Assembly: GCA_965218975.1 (NCBI GenBank)
Contig: OZ244717.1
Location: 736,001 to 800,000 of the forward strand
Origin: Candidatus Oxydemutatoraceae bacterium
GTDB taxonomy: Bacteria; Pseudomonadota; Gammaproteobacteria; Poriferisulfidales; Oxydemutatoraceae
Reading direction: 5' to 3'
Length of the DNA stretch: 64,000 nt
The notes under the pieces were generated by a model. It worked only from the letters and a program-made list of their open reading frames with translations. It made no database searches and was not told the origin of the DNA. Position 1 is the first letter of the stretch; every line of letters starts with the position of its first letter. Position numbers and translations under genes: made by a program. This document shows, piece after piece, positions 62,802 to 64,000 of this stretch.

Positions 62802-63878
62802 ATGGTAGCGAGCAGCGAAGCAATCAACTTTCCGAAACAGAGAAATCCATCCGAAAACAAACCGGATAATATATTAGGGATGCCGCGCCGGCATTTTGTT
62901 TCACGGTTGCGGCAATGGGGAATCAAACCGGCGCATGCGCCGACGATTATGCGACAAATACATAAGCGTGGGGTTCTGTCGCCTAAAGAAATGTTTGGCA
63001 TCAATGCGACTTCTCGCGCTCGATTGACGACGCATTTGGCAACTTCCTTGCCTAAGTTGTGTGCTTGCAAGATCTCAACAGACGGCACACAGAAATGGCG
63101 GTTACATTTTTCTGATGGGGTATCCGCTGAAAGCGTCATCATTCCCGGCGCACGACGTATCACCTTATGCGTTTCGTCGCAGGCTGGATGCGCCTTAAAT
63201 TGCGCCTTTTGTGCGACTGCTAAAAGCGGATTCGTACGCAATTTGAGTTCGGCCGAGATCATTAGTCAGTTATGGCTCGCCAACCGAGCACTTGCGCCGC
63301 AGGCAAAAACAATATGTAATGTCGTATTTATGGGAATGGGTGAACCATTATTGAACTTTTCTGCTGTCGCCTCTGCTATCGAAATTATGCGCGATGATCA
63401 TGCATACGGATTAAGCCGGCGCAGAGTGGTTGTCAGTACTGCCGGACATATTGCGGGTATGCGTAAGATAGCTCGTTACACTGATGCAAGTCTGACAGTT
63501 TCGTTACACGCGCCCGATGATAAACTGCGCGACTATTTGGTGCCCCTGAACAAGAGATATCCCATAGAGAAACTATTGGATGCTTGTTACGACTATCTCA
63601 ATCACCGACCGGCAAGTGAAAAGATAATTTTGGCTTATACGATGCTAAAGAACGTGAATGACGGCATTGATTGCGTCAAGCGTCTTGCCGGTTTGATCAA
63701 AGAATTGCCTGCCAAAGTTAACCTGATCCCTTTCAATTCGTTTCCGGGCAGCAGTTTTGAGTGCGCAACCTCCGATGCAATTTCTGCCTTTCGCGATGTA
63801 CTGATGGAGCATGATATTTTTACTGTTGTCAGGCGTCCTCGCGGTGACGCTATTTCTGCGGCATCCGGAATATTATAA
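62802..63878 (+). CDS. rlmN: Radical SAM rRNA/tRNA methyltransferase RlmN-like, catalytic C-terminal Cys substituted
   Basis: LCVSSQAGCALNCAFCAT, MGMGEP, SLHAP, NLIPFN; follows ndk; ends ISAASGIL instead of I.AACGQL. Confidence 0.85.
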   Translation: MVASSEAINFPKQRNPSENKPDNILGMPRRHFVSRLRQWGIKPAHAPTIMRQIHKRGVLSPKEMFGINATSRARLTTHLATSLPKLCACKISTDGTQKWRLHFSDGVSAESVIIPGARRITLCVSSQAGCALNCAFCATAKSGFVRNLSSAEIISQLWLANRALAPQAKTICNVVFMGMGEPLLNFSAVASAIEIMRDDHAYGLSRRRVVVSTAGHIAGMRKIARYTDASLTVSLHAPDDKLRDYLVPLNKRYPIEKLLDACYDYLNHRPASEKIILAYTMLKNVNDGIDCVKRLAGLIKELPAKVNLIPFNSFPGSSFECATSDAISAFRDVLMEHDIFTVVRRPRGDAISAASGIL

Positions 63879-64000
63879 AAATGAGGTCAAGTGTTAATCT
63901 TGGCGGATTTCATTGATGGCCCTTGAACGCAATGAATTTTTATAGGTATATACTTGGCGGAAAATCCCTGACGATTGTTTACGCAAAGAGAATTCTCCAT

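Noticed and set aside
1-64000. Diversity-generating retroelement, retron, integron, tRNA or rRNA genes
   Set aside because: No reverse transcriptase, integrase or attC pattern, no adenine-specific TR/VR pair, and no tRNA/rRNA signatures were recognised.

Overview
Chromosomal window from a gammaproteobacterium, probably a sulfur oxidiser. This is inferred from a DsrR-like, an Alvin_2107-like and a Sfum_1244-like gene; host association is suggested only by the LRR/FN3/Calx-beta surface proteins. 1-18 kb holds two paralogous GlyGly-CTERM surface proteins. The second is a ~14-kb gene with ~27 near-identical 348-bp repeats, broken by indels that look like consensus errors. 18-36 kb holds DUF4390-ntrY-ntrX-trkA-trkH, an lpxL-like gene, a bufferin-type (DUF2282/DUF692/DUF2063) RiPP cluster, hisBHAFE, tatABC and gpmI, with a perfect 6 x 241-bp amplification of the tatC/gpmI junction. 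36-56 kb holds housekeeping and sulfur-associated genes interleaved with shattered IS481-family remnants, which host arrays of a 98-bp double-hairpin unit (about 25 copies in the window). This region also has three paralogous cassettes of sigma70 promoter + conserved structured leader + small coiled-coil/TM protein. 56-64 kb holds iscRSUA-hscBA-fdx-iscX-ndk and an rlmN lacking its catalytic Cys. The best candidates for an undescribed system are the promoter/leader-RNA/small-membrane-protein cassettes and the 98-bp element nested in IS481. All family calls are from motif recognition by eye; no searches were run.
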